From Octopus bimaculoides (taxonomy: Eukaryota), in contig NC_068981.1 of NCBI RefSeq assembly GCF_001194135.2, forward strand, positions 113,316,189 to 113,380,188: a stretch of DNA of 64,000 bases, given 5' to 3'. Both the position numbers and the translations under genes were made by a program. Under the pieces are notes generated by a model. That model saw nothing but the letters and a program-made list of their open reading frames with translations, had not been told where the DNA came from and did no database searches. Positions 23,185-35,904 of the stretch are shown here, one piece after another. Position 1 is the stretch's first letter, and the number at the start of each line of letters is the position of its first letter.

Positions 23185-25169
23185 GTTTGTGGAAGAATAT
23201 TTAGTGCATTACACGTAGTGTTCTATTTGCTTTACTATAACATAAATAGTAGTAATATACTAATTGGAACAGCAATTAGTATATTGTAAACTGACACTGA
23301 CACTACATTATGATCAAAATATTTAACTACCAATTGCTTAATCTACCTAGCTTTGAATAGCACAGTTTAGCATCTCTAGCAGTGAAAACACTGTAAAATT
23401 AATAAATATTTTGTTCACTTAAAAGATGAATGCTGTTTCTTATCATAACTAGAGCCTGTTATCCCCCTCCCAACCACAGTAACAGTAGAATCCAAACAGA
23501 ACAATTCTCTTTCCATTTGAAGGGATCAAGTCATTTATCTGAAATTCCACATGTAATACATTCTGTTGATTTTATTAAAAACAAATCTGGGATTTCAGTA
23601 GAAAATGACTTAATATTCTCTTACATTGGTCACTGTGAAGACCTTCAATGTCCTCAGGCTGCTATTCTCCTCCATTAAGTAAAGACAAAAGCACCAATCC
23701 TAAGAAAGGAACCTCATGAGTTAAGTGGCTGACAAAGCAAATATCAATGACTGTTCTTTGAAACAACATTTTTAGCCATTTGTCTGCACGGTAAGAGTGC
23801 ACAAAAATTGATTATGATCTTAAATAAAGAGATTTAGTGTGAAAAGGAAAATAAACAAAAGCTAAAACAACAAACAATTTGTAACAAGGTTGGTATCTTG
23901 TTCCAAGAATGGATGGGAAAGTCATCCAATTAATATGCTACAGAAACTGGAACTGAGAACTAGTGGATCCTTGAAATTCAAAAAAAGTTAACATTTTTTA
24001 AATCAAAATAAATGCAAAGAAATTACCAAAGTGACAAATTAAGTTTGCTTCTCTGTTTTATATTTTGTATTTGTCTTTTCTACTTAGTTAGATGTCATAT
24101 TTTTTTACAAAGGTGGAAGAGGGCTGTAATAAAGGGGATAGAAATTTCTGGAGAAAATTTGTTGCAAGCCACTGACTAATTCTAGGGATGGAGTGAGACT
24201 CCAGCCTGGTTATAGGTACATAGTGTAGGAAAAGAGCTATGAAACAAATCTGAAAGGACTGAAAAAATAAACTAAAAAGAAACAATGTAAGGCAGGAAGC
24301 AAAACATGAAGCATACCCAACCAAGAGAGAAGCTGAAAGCAAGATGCTTAAATCCTGTGAGGACAAGAAACATGAAATATAAGAACATATGTTGATTTAA
24401 AACCAGATGTAAATGGAACAAGTGGGTCCCAAGTAACCAACACAATTGCTCCCAATGACAATAAAAGCACAGAAGCATACAAGTACCATAATGAGAGATT
24501 GTTAAATAGGTATATGAATGAAATAGTGAAAACAAAGGGCAGACTCCACTTAGAATAGAATTTATTCATGCATGCATCACAGAGTAATTAGGAGCACAAG
24601 TGCAGAAAAGGCTTCAGTTTTGTCAGAAATAGTTGCTGAAATGCTGAAAACATTGGAGCATGTAGAATTTAATCTAGTACAAGACATTATTCTCAATGAC
24701 TAATGTAGCACTCATTGTTAACCTTTACAAGAACAAAGAAGATGTACTGGAGAGGGAGAGTTACAGAATCCCACCAGCTGATGAAGCAAATCACAAAAAT
24801 AGTTGAAAGTGTGTGAAGTAAGTATAAGATATGTGTGTAATGCAGGTAGTCATCTAAAGGACCAGATATAATACACAGACCATGATTTTGCCTCACTAAA
24901 GACCATACTGCACATTGTCATACAATGATGAATTATATGGCATATAAAATGGCAATTTGGACATATAGTTATTTTATTGTTCTATCTATTTTTATACACT
25001 TGTAGATTCTGATGGGGTCTACTGCAGAGTGAATTTGGTCAGATTGTGATTGTTGCTTTTATTCCAATGGTGCTTTTGATTAATGAGCATATTGATGCAG
25101 CAGCTATTTCTATGGGTGTATGTTTTATTTTCATCTGATCCAAGTAAAAGAAATAGGGTTGCTCTAGGA

Positions 25170-25492
25170 CAGGCCTGGCCAACTCAAACTACATTGCAGG
25201 CCACTTTAATCACAGAAATTTTTTGAAGGCCACTTGTATACTGACAGAATTGAAAGCATTTTGCTATAATGAATGAATGATTGTTGATTCAACATGAAAT
25301 ATTATCGTTGCAAAAACAGTAGTATCTTCCTTTCTTACTTTTCATTACAATCTTTAATTTTTGATAAAAATGTTTAAATGTTTGTTTAAATAAACCCATT
25401 TCAAGAAAGTATCAGGCAATAAAAGTTTGCCACCAGATAAACGTTTGCAGGTCACATGTGGCCTCAGGCTGGCTTCAGGTTGACTAGCCCTG
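25170..25492. mobile_element. hAT (Charlie-like) MITE
   Basis: TIR CAGGCCTGGCCAAC / GTTGACTAGCCCTG; 8 bp TSD CTCTAGGA / TTCTAGGA. Confidence 0.8.
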
Positions 25493-25757
25493 TTCTAGGA
25501 TGTAGAGCTATAAATGCTATATTTCCATTGAACTTAGTAAACTAGATTATAGATAAATAAACAGCATATATCTGCAATTTAAGCTGTCTACCAGAATGCT
25601 GCAATCTAAGTATTCACAGTGAATTCAGCAGAGCTTTTGAATATAGGTAAGTGTTCAATAATAATCTTTCTATAGCAGGTAATAGCTAAATAATAATAAA
25701 TGTGGATCATTCCTTGTTTTCAGTAATTAAGCAGGTTCAATTTTCTTTTTCAAACAG

Positions 25758-26034
25758 GAATTTTATTGAAGAGAAAATGGGAGTTCAGTATGTTGAAGGA
25801 AAACAAGTTGATTTTTCTATTTCATATGAAGAATCAGGACCTTCTATTCCTATATTCTTCATTTTGTCACCTGGTGTTGATCCATTGAAAGATGTTGAAG
25901 CTTTGGGGAAAAAACTCAAGTTCTCAATTGCTAACAAAAACTTCCATAATATTTCACTTGGACAAGGACAAGAAGTAGTAGCCGAACAAGCTATGGATTT
26001 TTCAGCCAAAGAAGGTCACTGGGTCATATTACAA
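25758..26034 (+). CDS. Dynein heavy chain exon, AAA6: NFIEEKMG...FILSPGVDP...SLGQGQE...GHWVILQ
   Basis: caaacag acceptor, CAA|gtaata donor; 277 nt starting in phase 2, matching the previous exon. Confidence 0.96.
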
Positions 26035-26117
26035 GTAATATATTTCATACAATATCTTTATTTATGAGTTCCCAATTAGTAAATGACTATATGTCTTGAT
26101 ATATAAATGTATATATA

Positions 26118-26204
<87 letters not shown>

Positions 26205-26498
26205 GTCAAAAACTATTGAAGAGGTTACAAGAAGCAACAAAAATTTTAGAAAAAAATGAGTGGAAATTGAATTGGTGAGTGTGTTAATTAATAAGGCATT
26301 AAAACAGAATGACTCTCCAATAACAATATATATAAATTCAAATTATGATGAACCTAAGCAAAGAAACAAAGTTTGCTTTAGAAGCGTAGAGGTGTCTTAG
26401 AAAGTTAAAGAAGTAATTTTAAATTCTCAAATGCAGGATAATGCTAATAATATAGCCTGAACAGGATAAGCTACCCCTATTTTACAGAAAAAAGTGTT

Positions 26499-26574
26499 GG
26501 TGGCCGGCTATGTGACTCGAACTCACACCTCTGTGATTACACATCACGGTGCTCTGAACCATTAAGCTAAACCG
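26499..26574 (-). pseudogene. tRNA-Thr(TGT)-like sequence (pseudo-tRNA or SINE head) inside 17 bp inverted repeats
   Basis: A-box TAGCTTAATGG, anticodon arm CGTGA-TGTGTAA-TCACA, B-box GTTCGAGTC, 5/7 acceptor pairs, T6 terminator at 26488-26493. Confidence 0.6.
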
Positions 26575-26874
26575 TGTGGGTGGATTAGCTTAATCCTGTT
26601 CAGATTTTCTTCACCAGCCTCTTTAATTGCTTTCCATATATTTGTTTTCTTGAGATTTGCCTTGCATTTACTTCGCATTGTTCTGGCCTTACCCATGATC
26701 TTTTATACAATATATTCCTAGATCTATTTTGTGGCCAGTTGATGTATTACAATGTAAATTAGGGAAGCATTATATTCTGACAAGATATGCAATTTTCTTG
26801 GTAACTGAAGAATAGTGAAACATCTCTGAAAAAGGATAATTATTCCAAAACAGAGATGTAGAAAGATTCCCAAT

Positions 26875-27794
26875 TACAATGTGGTATCAAAAAGTTTCAG
26901 GACTAGTTATATTTAATAAAAGAAACGTATTTGCCTAAGTTTTAGCATCATCTCCTTCAAAATAGTCACCTTGGACAGCAATGCACCAGCCTCAGCGTTC
27001 CACCCACTTTTGGAATTTGGCCTGGAAAGCGTTTTCCATAAGCAAGCTGAGGACCTTCTGCAATACACTCTGGATCTTGACAACAATGTTAAAACAGTGA
27101 CCTTTGAACTGCATTTTCATCTTGGGGAAGAGATGGAAGTCCACAGGTGGTAAATCTGGTGAATAGGGCAGGTGCAGAAGTGATATCATGTTGTTTTGGG
27201 TGAAAGATTCGCGAGTGAGGAGAGCTCAGTGACAGGGCGCAATGTTGTTGTGGAGAATCCAATTCTTTGTGCTCCACAGATCCAGTTGCTTTCACCAAAT
27301 ATCCTCCCCCAAATGATTCAAAACGTTGCAGTAGAACTCTTCATTGACAGTCCAACCCTGGAGGATGAATTCTCGATGCACAGTACCACATTTCCGGTGG
27401 TGGGGATGCTTGTGGCAGGTCTTTCAGATTGCTCATATTACAGAGACATTCTTCTGCTTTTGAAACACCTATGTCTTTCAAAACATTGAGTACAACCCAT
27501 TACCTTGTCACCATAAGCTTGCCAAAGCATGATCTATATCTCTCTAGCAGACTCCCCAAGTTTAACACAAAATTTTGCATTGGCTCTTTGTTCCTGTCCA
27601 TAACAAAATCACAAACTTTAGCATACACATGATCACAAAAACACAAATTTCACAACTTGAGAAGTAAACACAGTGATGTCACTTAGCACACTGCCTCATG
27701 AAGGTCACTGCTAGCTCTCTCACTGTGCATGCAACTATGCCATCTGTTGGCACACTACACAACTAGTCCGTGAACTTTTTGATAGTACATCATA
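26875..27794 (-). mobile_element. Mariner element, internally deleted
   Basis: TIRs (tatcaaaaagtt..ggactagt) with TA ends; PYSPDLPPVDFHLFPKMK peptide. Confidence 0.85.
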
Positions 27795-28007
27795 GTTTCT
27801 GCTCATGTAAGAGAACAATAGAATGTTTTTTCTTCATCTCAGTGGCAACACCTTAGGTTTTCTAATATCCACAGAATACATGTTTCAACTATACTGAATT
27901 ATCTAATGTCACCAATATCAAATAACAACTAATGGAATGGTAACATGGAATTATAACATCATCACTAACTGTTCAGTCATGATTATCCAAATGAGTGAAA
28001 CCAGTTC

Positions 28008-30450
28008 ATCATCATCATCGTCATTTAGCGTCCACTTTCCATGTCGGCATTGGTTGGATGGTTTGACTGAGGACTGGCAAGCCAGATGGCTGTACCAGTT
28101 ACCAATCTGATCTGGCAAAGTTTCTACAGCTGGATGCCCTTCCTAACGCCAACCACTCCGAGAGTGAAATGGGTGCTTTTTATGTGCCCCTGACATGAGA
28201 GCCAGTCAGGTAGTAGTGGCTTCAATGGTGCTTTCTATGTGCCACCAGCACAGGAGCCAGTCAGGTGGCACTGGCAATGACCACGCTTGAATGGTGGTTT
28301 TTACATGCCACCAGCACGGGACCAGTCAGGCAGTACTGGCATCGACCACACTCGAATGGTACTTTTTACATTCCACCAGCAAAGGTGCCAGTTAGACTGT
28401 ACTGGCATTGGCCATGACAATGATTTCACTTGACTCAACAGGTCTTCGCAAGCACAGCTTATTGCCCAATAATTGAAGGGTACTCTTAAATGGACTAATT
28501 ATGCTGCACTAGTATAGGCCATGGTTACAATCCCACTTGGCTTGCTGGGTCTTGTCAAGCACAGCATATCTCCAAAGGGCTTAATCACTCATCATCGCCT
28601 CCACGTGACCCAATGTTTGAAGGTCATACTTCACCACCTCATCCCAGGTCTTCCTGGGTCTACCTCTACTGCTAGGGTGTGACACTTTTGCACACAGCTG
28701 TCCTCATCCATATGCAACACATAACCATACAAGCACAGTCGTCTCATGCATACCACATCTGATGCTTATGTCCAGCTTTTCTCTCAGGGCGCTTACACTC
28801 TGTTGTGTATGCACACTGACATTACACATCCAGCAGAGCATACTAAATTCATTTCTTGCAAGCTGTCCTCAGCAAGCACAGCCCATGTTTCACTGCCATG
28901 TAGCATAGCTGTTTGCACACATGCGTCATACAGACTGTCTTTTACTCTTAGCAAGAGGCTCTTTGTCACCAGCAGAGGTAGGAGCTCTCTGAACTTTGCC
29001 CCGGCTATTCTTATTCTAGCTGCTACACTCTAAGAGCATCCACCCTTGCTACTGACTTGGTCACCTAGGTAACGGAAGCTATCGATTACATGTAATAATC
29101 CCCCCTGGAATGTGACGGAAGCTGTTTTCTGCACATTTTCAGTGTTTATTGCTCCTGAGCATTTGCCACACACAAAAACTATCTTCCCAGTTAGCCTTCC
29201 TTGGATATTGCTGCACCTCCTATGTATCTATAGCTTACACTGGGTACATCTTATGGAGTTTCTATCTATGCCTTTTCTATAGATCAAGCAGGGCCATCTA
29301 TCTGAAGGGATTTAAGATTTCTCTGCCTTCCTACTTATTAGTACTTTGGTTTTTGCTGGATTGACTCTAAGGCCCTTCAATTCTAGACCTTGCTTCCACA
29401 CCTGAAACTTCTCCTCTAGTTCTGATAGTGACTCAGAAATTAAGGGATGGTTATCAGCATAGAGAAGCTCCCAGGGGCATCCTGTCTTGAATTCCTCTGT
29501 TATTGCCTGGGGGGCGATGATGAATGAGGGGGCTGAGGACTGATACCCTCACCTTACTGACAGCATCCCTGTACATTGCTTGTCCAGCTCCCATTAACCA
29601 CTTATCTATCCCTAGTTTCTGCATTGACCACCAGAAATATAGCATCAGTGGTGCTTTTCCCTGACACAAACCCAAACTGCATCTCGTCTAAACTGACTCA
29701 CTCCCTAATTAGTTGGGCTATGAGCTCTCCATGATTTTCGTTACCCAATCCAACAACCATAAGATCTTTTGCATCGCAGAAATCCAGCAGCCTGGTTCCC
29801 TCCTCATTGCAGGAACCAAAACCAAAGCCACCATGTATACCATGGAAGCCCCCTGCATGTTGTCCAATATGCTCATTGAAGTCACCAGCCACAAAGAGAA
29901 GGTCCCTCTCATTTGTCAATAAGGTAGTCTGCAAGAGGGTGTCATAAAATCAGTCTTTCTGTCCATCGGGTAGCCCTGGCTGAGGAGCATAAGCAGAGAT
30001 AATGGTTGCAAACCCATGTTGCAGCACTAATCTAATCTTAAGTATTCTATCACAGACTCTGACTACCTCGATTACCTTATCAACCCATTTCTCCACAAGA
30101 AGTATACCTATGCCCCCGACACCGTCCACTGTTCCTTACCCAGAAAATCTTATACCTATGTTCTTTGCCTGTGAGGAACCTAGCAGAACTTCCTCTGCAC
30201 CTTACTTCTTGGATACAGCACAAATCTACACATCTCCAAGCATCGCAACAATTTCACCAGACCTACCTTTCAATGTGCCAACATTAAGTGTCTCAACTCT
30301 GAGGGTGTGGATGGTGTGGGCCCATGAAACCCTGGATAGGGGACAGCAGCATCATGTACCTGAAAAACATATAATAGCCTTCAACCTGCATACACTACAC
30401 CATCATTTTATGTACTACATAATCACTACATTACATAGGAGATAAACCCT
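28008..30450 (-). mobile_element. RTE-clade LINE, decayed
   Basis: APE fragment VAGDFNEHIG..GGFGFGSCNEEGTRLLDFC, RT fragments, 3' UTR and (GAT)n tail. Confidence 0.85.
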
Positions 30451-31160
30451 AAACAGGGATGGGGGAACATTAAACCTTTGGAGGTGTTCAGGAGAAAGAC
30501 ATCCAATAGAGGTCAGAGGATAAAGACTTCTGGTACAGGTGGTGGGGGTGGAAAGGATGGGTGGGTGCTCTGTGAAACAGCAAAATTCAAGAAACTCAAG
30601 CTGCCAGTGGGAAAGAATAGTAATAATAATAATAATGAGATATAATTAGGCATTTGTATTCTTAACTACAAACTAGAGCTATAACCTAGAGTTTTTGGTC
30701 AGCCAAACTGTGACAAAATTTGATAAACAAATGAATAAATGACAATAATAAATGAGCGTGAAAGAGAGGGGTAAATATTTTAACTCATACTTTTAACATG
30801 AATATTTCAGTGCATTTTCCTTTTATTTTTAATATATATATGTATGTAAGCATGCATGTGGGGGTGGAGATAAAGAGTGAGAGACAAATAGCAAAAAATG
30901 TACAGTGTGTAATTAGTTATACCCCTAGATATTTAGTGCTAGATGTCTTTCTAAGAGAATTTATTTGTTACTATACTTGTTTAGCTATCAGAAATAGTTC
31001 AACTGTGGATGCAATATCAGTAACAGATTCAAACTGTTGACCTTACTTTTGGTTGTCTTTTAATGTATTGGCTTTGTCATGAAAATTAAATATTCAAAAT
31101 AATATTCTATTTCATCTATCCAATATCTATTTTATGAAAGAATAATTTTTTTCTTTCCAG

Positions 31161-31388
31161 AATGTTCACTTGGTTGCTAAATGGTTGTCACAGTTCGAAA
31201 AAAAATTGGAACAGTATAGTCTTGACAGTCATGATAACTACCGGGTGTTTATCAGTGCTGAACCCGCAGCATCTGCTGACACTCACATTATTCCTCATGG
31301 CATACTGGAATCTGCTATCAAAATTATTAATGAGCCACCCTCAGGAATGCAAGCCAACCTCCATAAAGCTCTCAACAACTTTACTCAG
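31161..31388 (+). CDS. Dynein heavy chain exon, AAA6: NVHLVAKWL...[20 protein letters not shown]
   Basis: ttctttccag acceptor, CAG|gtatca donor; 228 nt. Confidence 0.96.
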
Positions 31389-31624
31389 GTATCATTGAGA
31401 ATTTTGCAACTATTTTGTTTTATTCTGTTTTTATTTTGTGCTTTTTTCTTTCCATGTAAGAGCAAAAGTCAAAAACAAAAAATCAAACCCAAGAAATGCT
31501 TGTTTGATTTTTAGTTTAGGCATGTGTTGTAGATCAAGAGGAGATAAGCTTCCAATATGTTGAAACTAATTAGGGTTCAATTTCTAGTTGCAGTCCATTT
31601 GCTTCAGTTACAGGTATAGCTAGG

Positions 31625-31770
31625 CATAGACTTAACTGTATAGTTAAGAAACTTGCTTCCAAGCCACTTGGTTCTAGGTTCATCCCCACTGCATGTACTG
31701 TGGGCAAGTGTCTCCTACTATAACCTTGGCCAACCAAAACCTTCTAAGTGAATTTTATACTTAGAAACTC
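31625..31770 (+). mobile_element. tRNA-derived SINE, decayed
   Basis: Similar to the SINE copies at ~46000-46140 and ~46970-47145. Confidence 0.55.
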
Positions 31771-32644
31771 AGGTTCATTGAGCAGATCATGCATGTATTG
31801 AAGATAAAAGGATTCCAAATAGCTGTTCAGTGGTGAGCTGCACATTGAAAAGTGTCTTCAACACAAACTAAGAAAAAGGTACCAAGACTGTGTAAAAGAT
31901 AACCTGAAGGAACTGCAAATCAATGTAAAGAACTGGAAAGAGTTGAGTGTAGGAGACATATAAGGGAAGGTTGTGAAATTTGCCTTGAGCATAAATAGCC
32001 TAATCATTGGCTTCTGAACAGCTGTCTTCAGAACTTCAATGAGAACATAAAACAATAGAGGTTGGATGTGTTAACCATTTGAAGCCCAATGAAAGACCAA
32101 TTGTATGCAATGTCCTTCCTCCTAAACCAGATGAGTCAAACAGTGTAATATGTGAAAAAGTTTGCAAGTCAATTCCAGATCTAAAAAGACATATGCAGTG
32201 CACAAAGATCATATCCCACAAAGGGATCCAGTCAATCCAGTGGAAGTTACAACTTTCACCTGTCACCTATGCTTCAAACCATGCAGATCTGCAGCAAGAC
32301 TGAATAGTCCTCTCAGAGGTCAATGACAGAAAGTCAGAAATGTCATTGACAGTGAGGAAACACTGAGAGATAGCAATTATTTGTGAAAATGGAGGAATCA
32401 CCATGAGTGTCTCCTTTTCTTGATATTGTGTGATTATTGTAAGCAAGTGTTGCCCCACCACACAGGCAATGTCCTTTGTTTCCCATCTTTCATGAAAACA
32501 TGTCGAGTCCAGCCACAGGAAAATATTACTTTACATGGACACAAGTTAGGGTTGACGACAAGGATATCCAGCCATAGAAAATGTTTATCAACAAATATAC
32601 ATTTACAAATATACATTCATGCATATGTGTATGTATATACATAT

Positions 32645-33742
32645 TGTTACGAACGCCTGCACGCGAAGCACCTCGACGAAGAGAGAACTCGTGCGTGCGT
32701 GAACGTCGACGCCCAGTGAGTCGGGATGTTCATCACGACTAAGCCCAGGCCGGAGCACGTAATGATGACAACAGGCAAAAGGAGGAGGAAGAAATAACAC
32801 GGAGACCATATGTTGGGTAGCGGAACTAACTTTTTTTCTTTCTTTTCACATCAAACAAAACATCAGAATAAAACATTGCATAACAATTCAAATAACGTTT
32901 AACAAAGGTTTCAGAACATTGCATAATCACAAGTTTACAATCAAGAGTTCGTACATCAAGTCCATTAAAAGTTCTTTCACTTCTTTGTTTTTCTATTCCA
33001 TTAACAACATGTCACAAAGTTCTTTCTTTTCTTTTCTTTTAAGTTAACATCACAGTTAACAGTTCTTTTAACACATGTAACGACGAAGTACATTTTAAAG
33101 AATATTTGAACAAACCTTCACCGTAATAATTTCCTTTCTTTCAAAACTCCTACTATAATCCAAGAAGTAGTGACCAACTGACTACTACGATCTTTTGGCT
33201 GCCACACAGTCCCATCTCTCTGTCCCTCTCTCTCATTGCTTCAGTCCCTATCGGCTGACTGGTTCCTTTCTGACCATAGGCTCTCTCTTTCTCAGCCTCT
33301 GTCTGTCAGTCTCTCTGTTCATCTTGGTTGGCTGCTAGCCTTCACATCAACTGCTGGACATTTTCACTGGCTGATATTCTTCATCCAACTACAGGACATC
33401 TTCACTTCATCCAACTCCCTGGCCAACTGCTCGATGCCAACTGCTGCGGCCAACTCCTGTACCCAACTGCTTCATGCCCACTCCTCTGGCCAACCGTTCG
33501 TGCCAATTCTTTGTTTATCACAAATACCTTAGCTTTACAGTGCTACCTTACCCCCTCCCAAAGCTGGGTCAGTCCAGTACAATTCCTCACTTGTTTTTCT
33601 GAACTTTTGGTGACCGGAAAGGGTCACCGATCACTCCTACGCTAAAAATAGCTGTACTTGTTCACAAGACAAAGGAAATACCATTATCCTCAACAACCAG
33701 AATACGGTTTCAAAACCCAGCTCGGGAGATAGGGATATAACA
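32645..33742. mobile_element. Solo-LTR-like element (~1.1 kb)
   Basis: TGTTAC...ATAACA termini, CpG-rich start; no clear TSD. Confidence 0.5.
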
Positions 33743-33775
33743 TTAATTTGTATTTTCGGTGGTCGCATCAATATA

Positions 33776-34600
33776 TATTGGGTTATCTCATAAATAATGC
33801 AGTTTTTTCAATTGCATGAACTAAAATTTGGAAGGGTTCTGGACAAACTACCTGCATCAACTTGCTACAAAAGCAGGTAATAATTTTACCTTGTACTTAT
33901 TCTTAGTGCAAATTTCAATTTCAACAGTTATTTTTTCAAAGTTACAATGGAAGTGACAAAGGAGCATATTCGACATACTTTGCTTTATGAGTTCACTAAA
34001 GATAACAACATTACGGAAAGTGCAAGGAATATTAATGCAATATATGGGGATCAGACAAGAAACATAAGCCAGTGTCAGCGGTGGTTCCAGAAATACTGAG
34101 CTGGAAACTACAGCCTAGAAAGTGAGCCTCATCCTGGAACATCTGTAGAGCTTGACGTGAACGTCCTGCAAATCCTGGTGGAACAAAATCCCATTGTAAC
34201 TGTTGAAGAAGTAGCAGAGAAGCTTGGATTTGGTCATTCAACCATTTATCAACTACTGCGTGCCATCGGAAAAGTCAGTAAATTGGGTCAATGGACTTCT
34301 CTCACACTTTCTGAGTCTGATGCTTGGCCACATACAGTGATGATGACATCTCAAAGGCTGGAGAGTTTGAATGGGAAACAATGCCCCACCCATAATATTC
34401 ACCAGACATTTCCCCGTCTGATTATTCTGCAGTCTTCAAAATCATTTGGATGGAAAAAAAACATGAATTCTGTAGACAAAGTCAGAACAGTACTGGAGGA
34501 ATATTTATCAACATATACAAGTGAAAATGAAGGAGAGTGTATGATTTTGAAAAATAAACGAATTATAAAAATACTGCATTATTTCTGGGATGATGCAATA
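33776..34600 (+). mobile_element. Mariner element, internally deleted
   Basis: TIRs tattgggttatctcataaataatgcag / ctgcattatttctgggatgatgcaata; LQILVEQNPIVTVEEVAEKLGFGHSTI...GKVSKLGQW. Confidence 0.85.
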
Positions 34601-35904
34601 TATATATATAAGAAATAACCAAGGTTCAGTTGAATTAGGTACTTAAGTTGAGGCACTAAGTCAGTTCAATATGTTCACACAGCTTCAACTTAGGTGAATA
34701 AAAAGCAAATAAGTAACAAGGATGCCCAGGTACTAGCACATTATGGCTGTTTCAAGCAGCTCTATTTAATCAATCAATGCAAGCATTACATCAATTTGAA
34801 ATACACTGCTCTCCTCGGTGCATAAGACCATATAGGTTTTCAACATACAGGATACTCCATTGTAATTTTTTAGCAAATTTTTCATCAGAACTAAAGAATA
34901 AAAGAATTACAATGCTTACTGCTACTGTTGTAGTAGACTGAACTTAGGGAGAAAATACTTAAAGCCTACTATAATTTAGAGTGGCAGAAGAAAATAACGG
35001 TGGGGGTCAAGAAACAGTAGTGGTGATATAGCTACATTCATCTTTATCCTTATCACAATCAAAGGATCCAATACAGCAAGTACTCTACATCCCCTTAGAA
35101 TTAAAAACCATTGGGAATTGACTGTTAAGCTCTTGCTGCTGGTGATAAATTAATTAATGTCAGATACTCTTCCCTACCCCATCTTACTGTGACTATAAAT
35201 TCACCATGTCTACATAAAAGAACATACCTCAGAAGATGCTAGCAAGATAATGGTATTTAGGTGATAACCAGAAAGAGGAAGTGCAGGGGTGATTTAAAGT
35301 ATATTATGATTATCAATTAAAAGGGGCCAAAAATAGAAAACAAAGGATATCATAATGAGATCTAAGTGGGTATTTAGGGTACAGTGGGGAAATGTATATC
35401 CAAATTCTGCAAAATTTATATATTATTATTAATTTATTATCACATTTTGTATATTAAATCATAAAATTTAGAAAGGGATTTAAGGACCAAGCAAGAAAAG
35501 AAGGATAGATAAAACAGTTTGAGCCCTAAAAAAGGGGGGTACTTTTATATAAAATAGAAATCTTATAATGCTTCATCCTAGCATACCATTAATGTGATCT
35601 TGATAAAACTATTCAACATTGAATCCATAATTAAATTCAGATTTCATCTGAGAAGGGGTACACATTTTCTATTGACTGAAAACCAAAGATTAAGTTCTAA
35701 AAAAGGTAAGCAATTCTATAAGCGATAAACTTATTTAAAGGAACCTTGGAAAAATATAATTATATAAAAATTTCCACTATTATGAAAAAAATCTTAAAGC
35801 ATATATATAAGAAAGTATAAAAATACCACACATATATACATAAAAATATCACATACATATATATATATATATATATATTTAAAAAATAAATACCATATTC
35901 CTCA

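Noticed and set aside
24100-25050. Possible decayed Penelope RT and CTGATGA/CTGATGG motifs
   Set aside because: Only a vague VNGTSG match; stems I and III do not form.
34820-34895. Minus-strand CTGATGA...GAAAACCTATATGGTC
   Set aside because: Stem II and stem I do not pair; treated as unresolved PLE debris.
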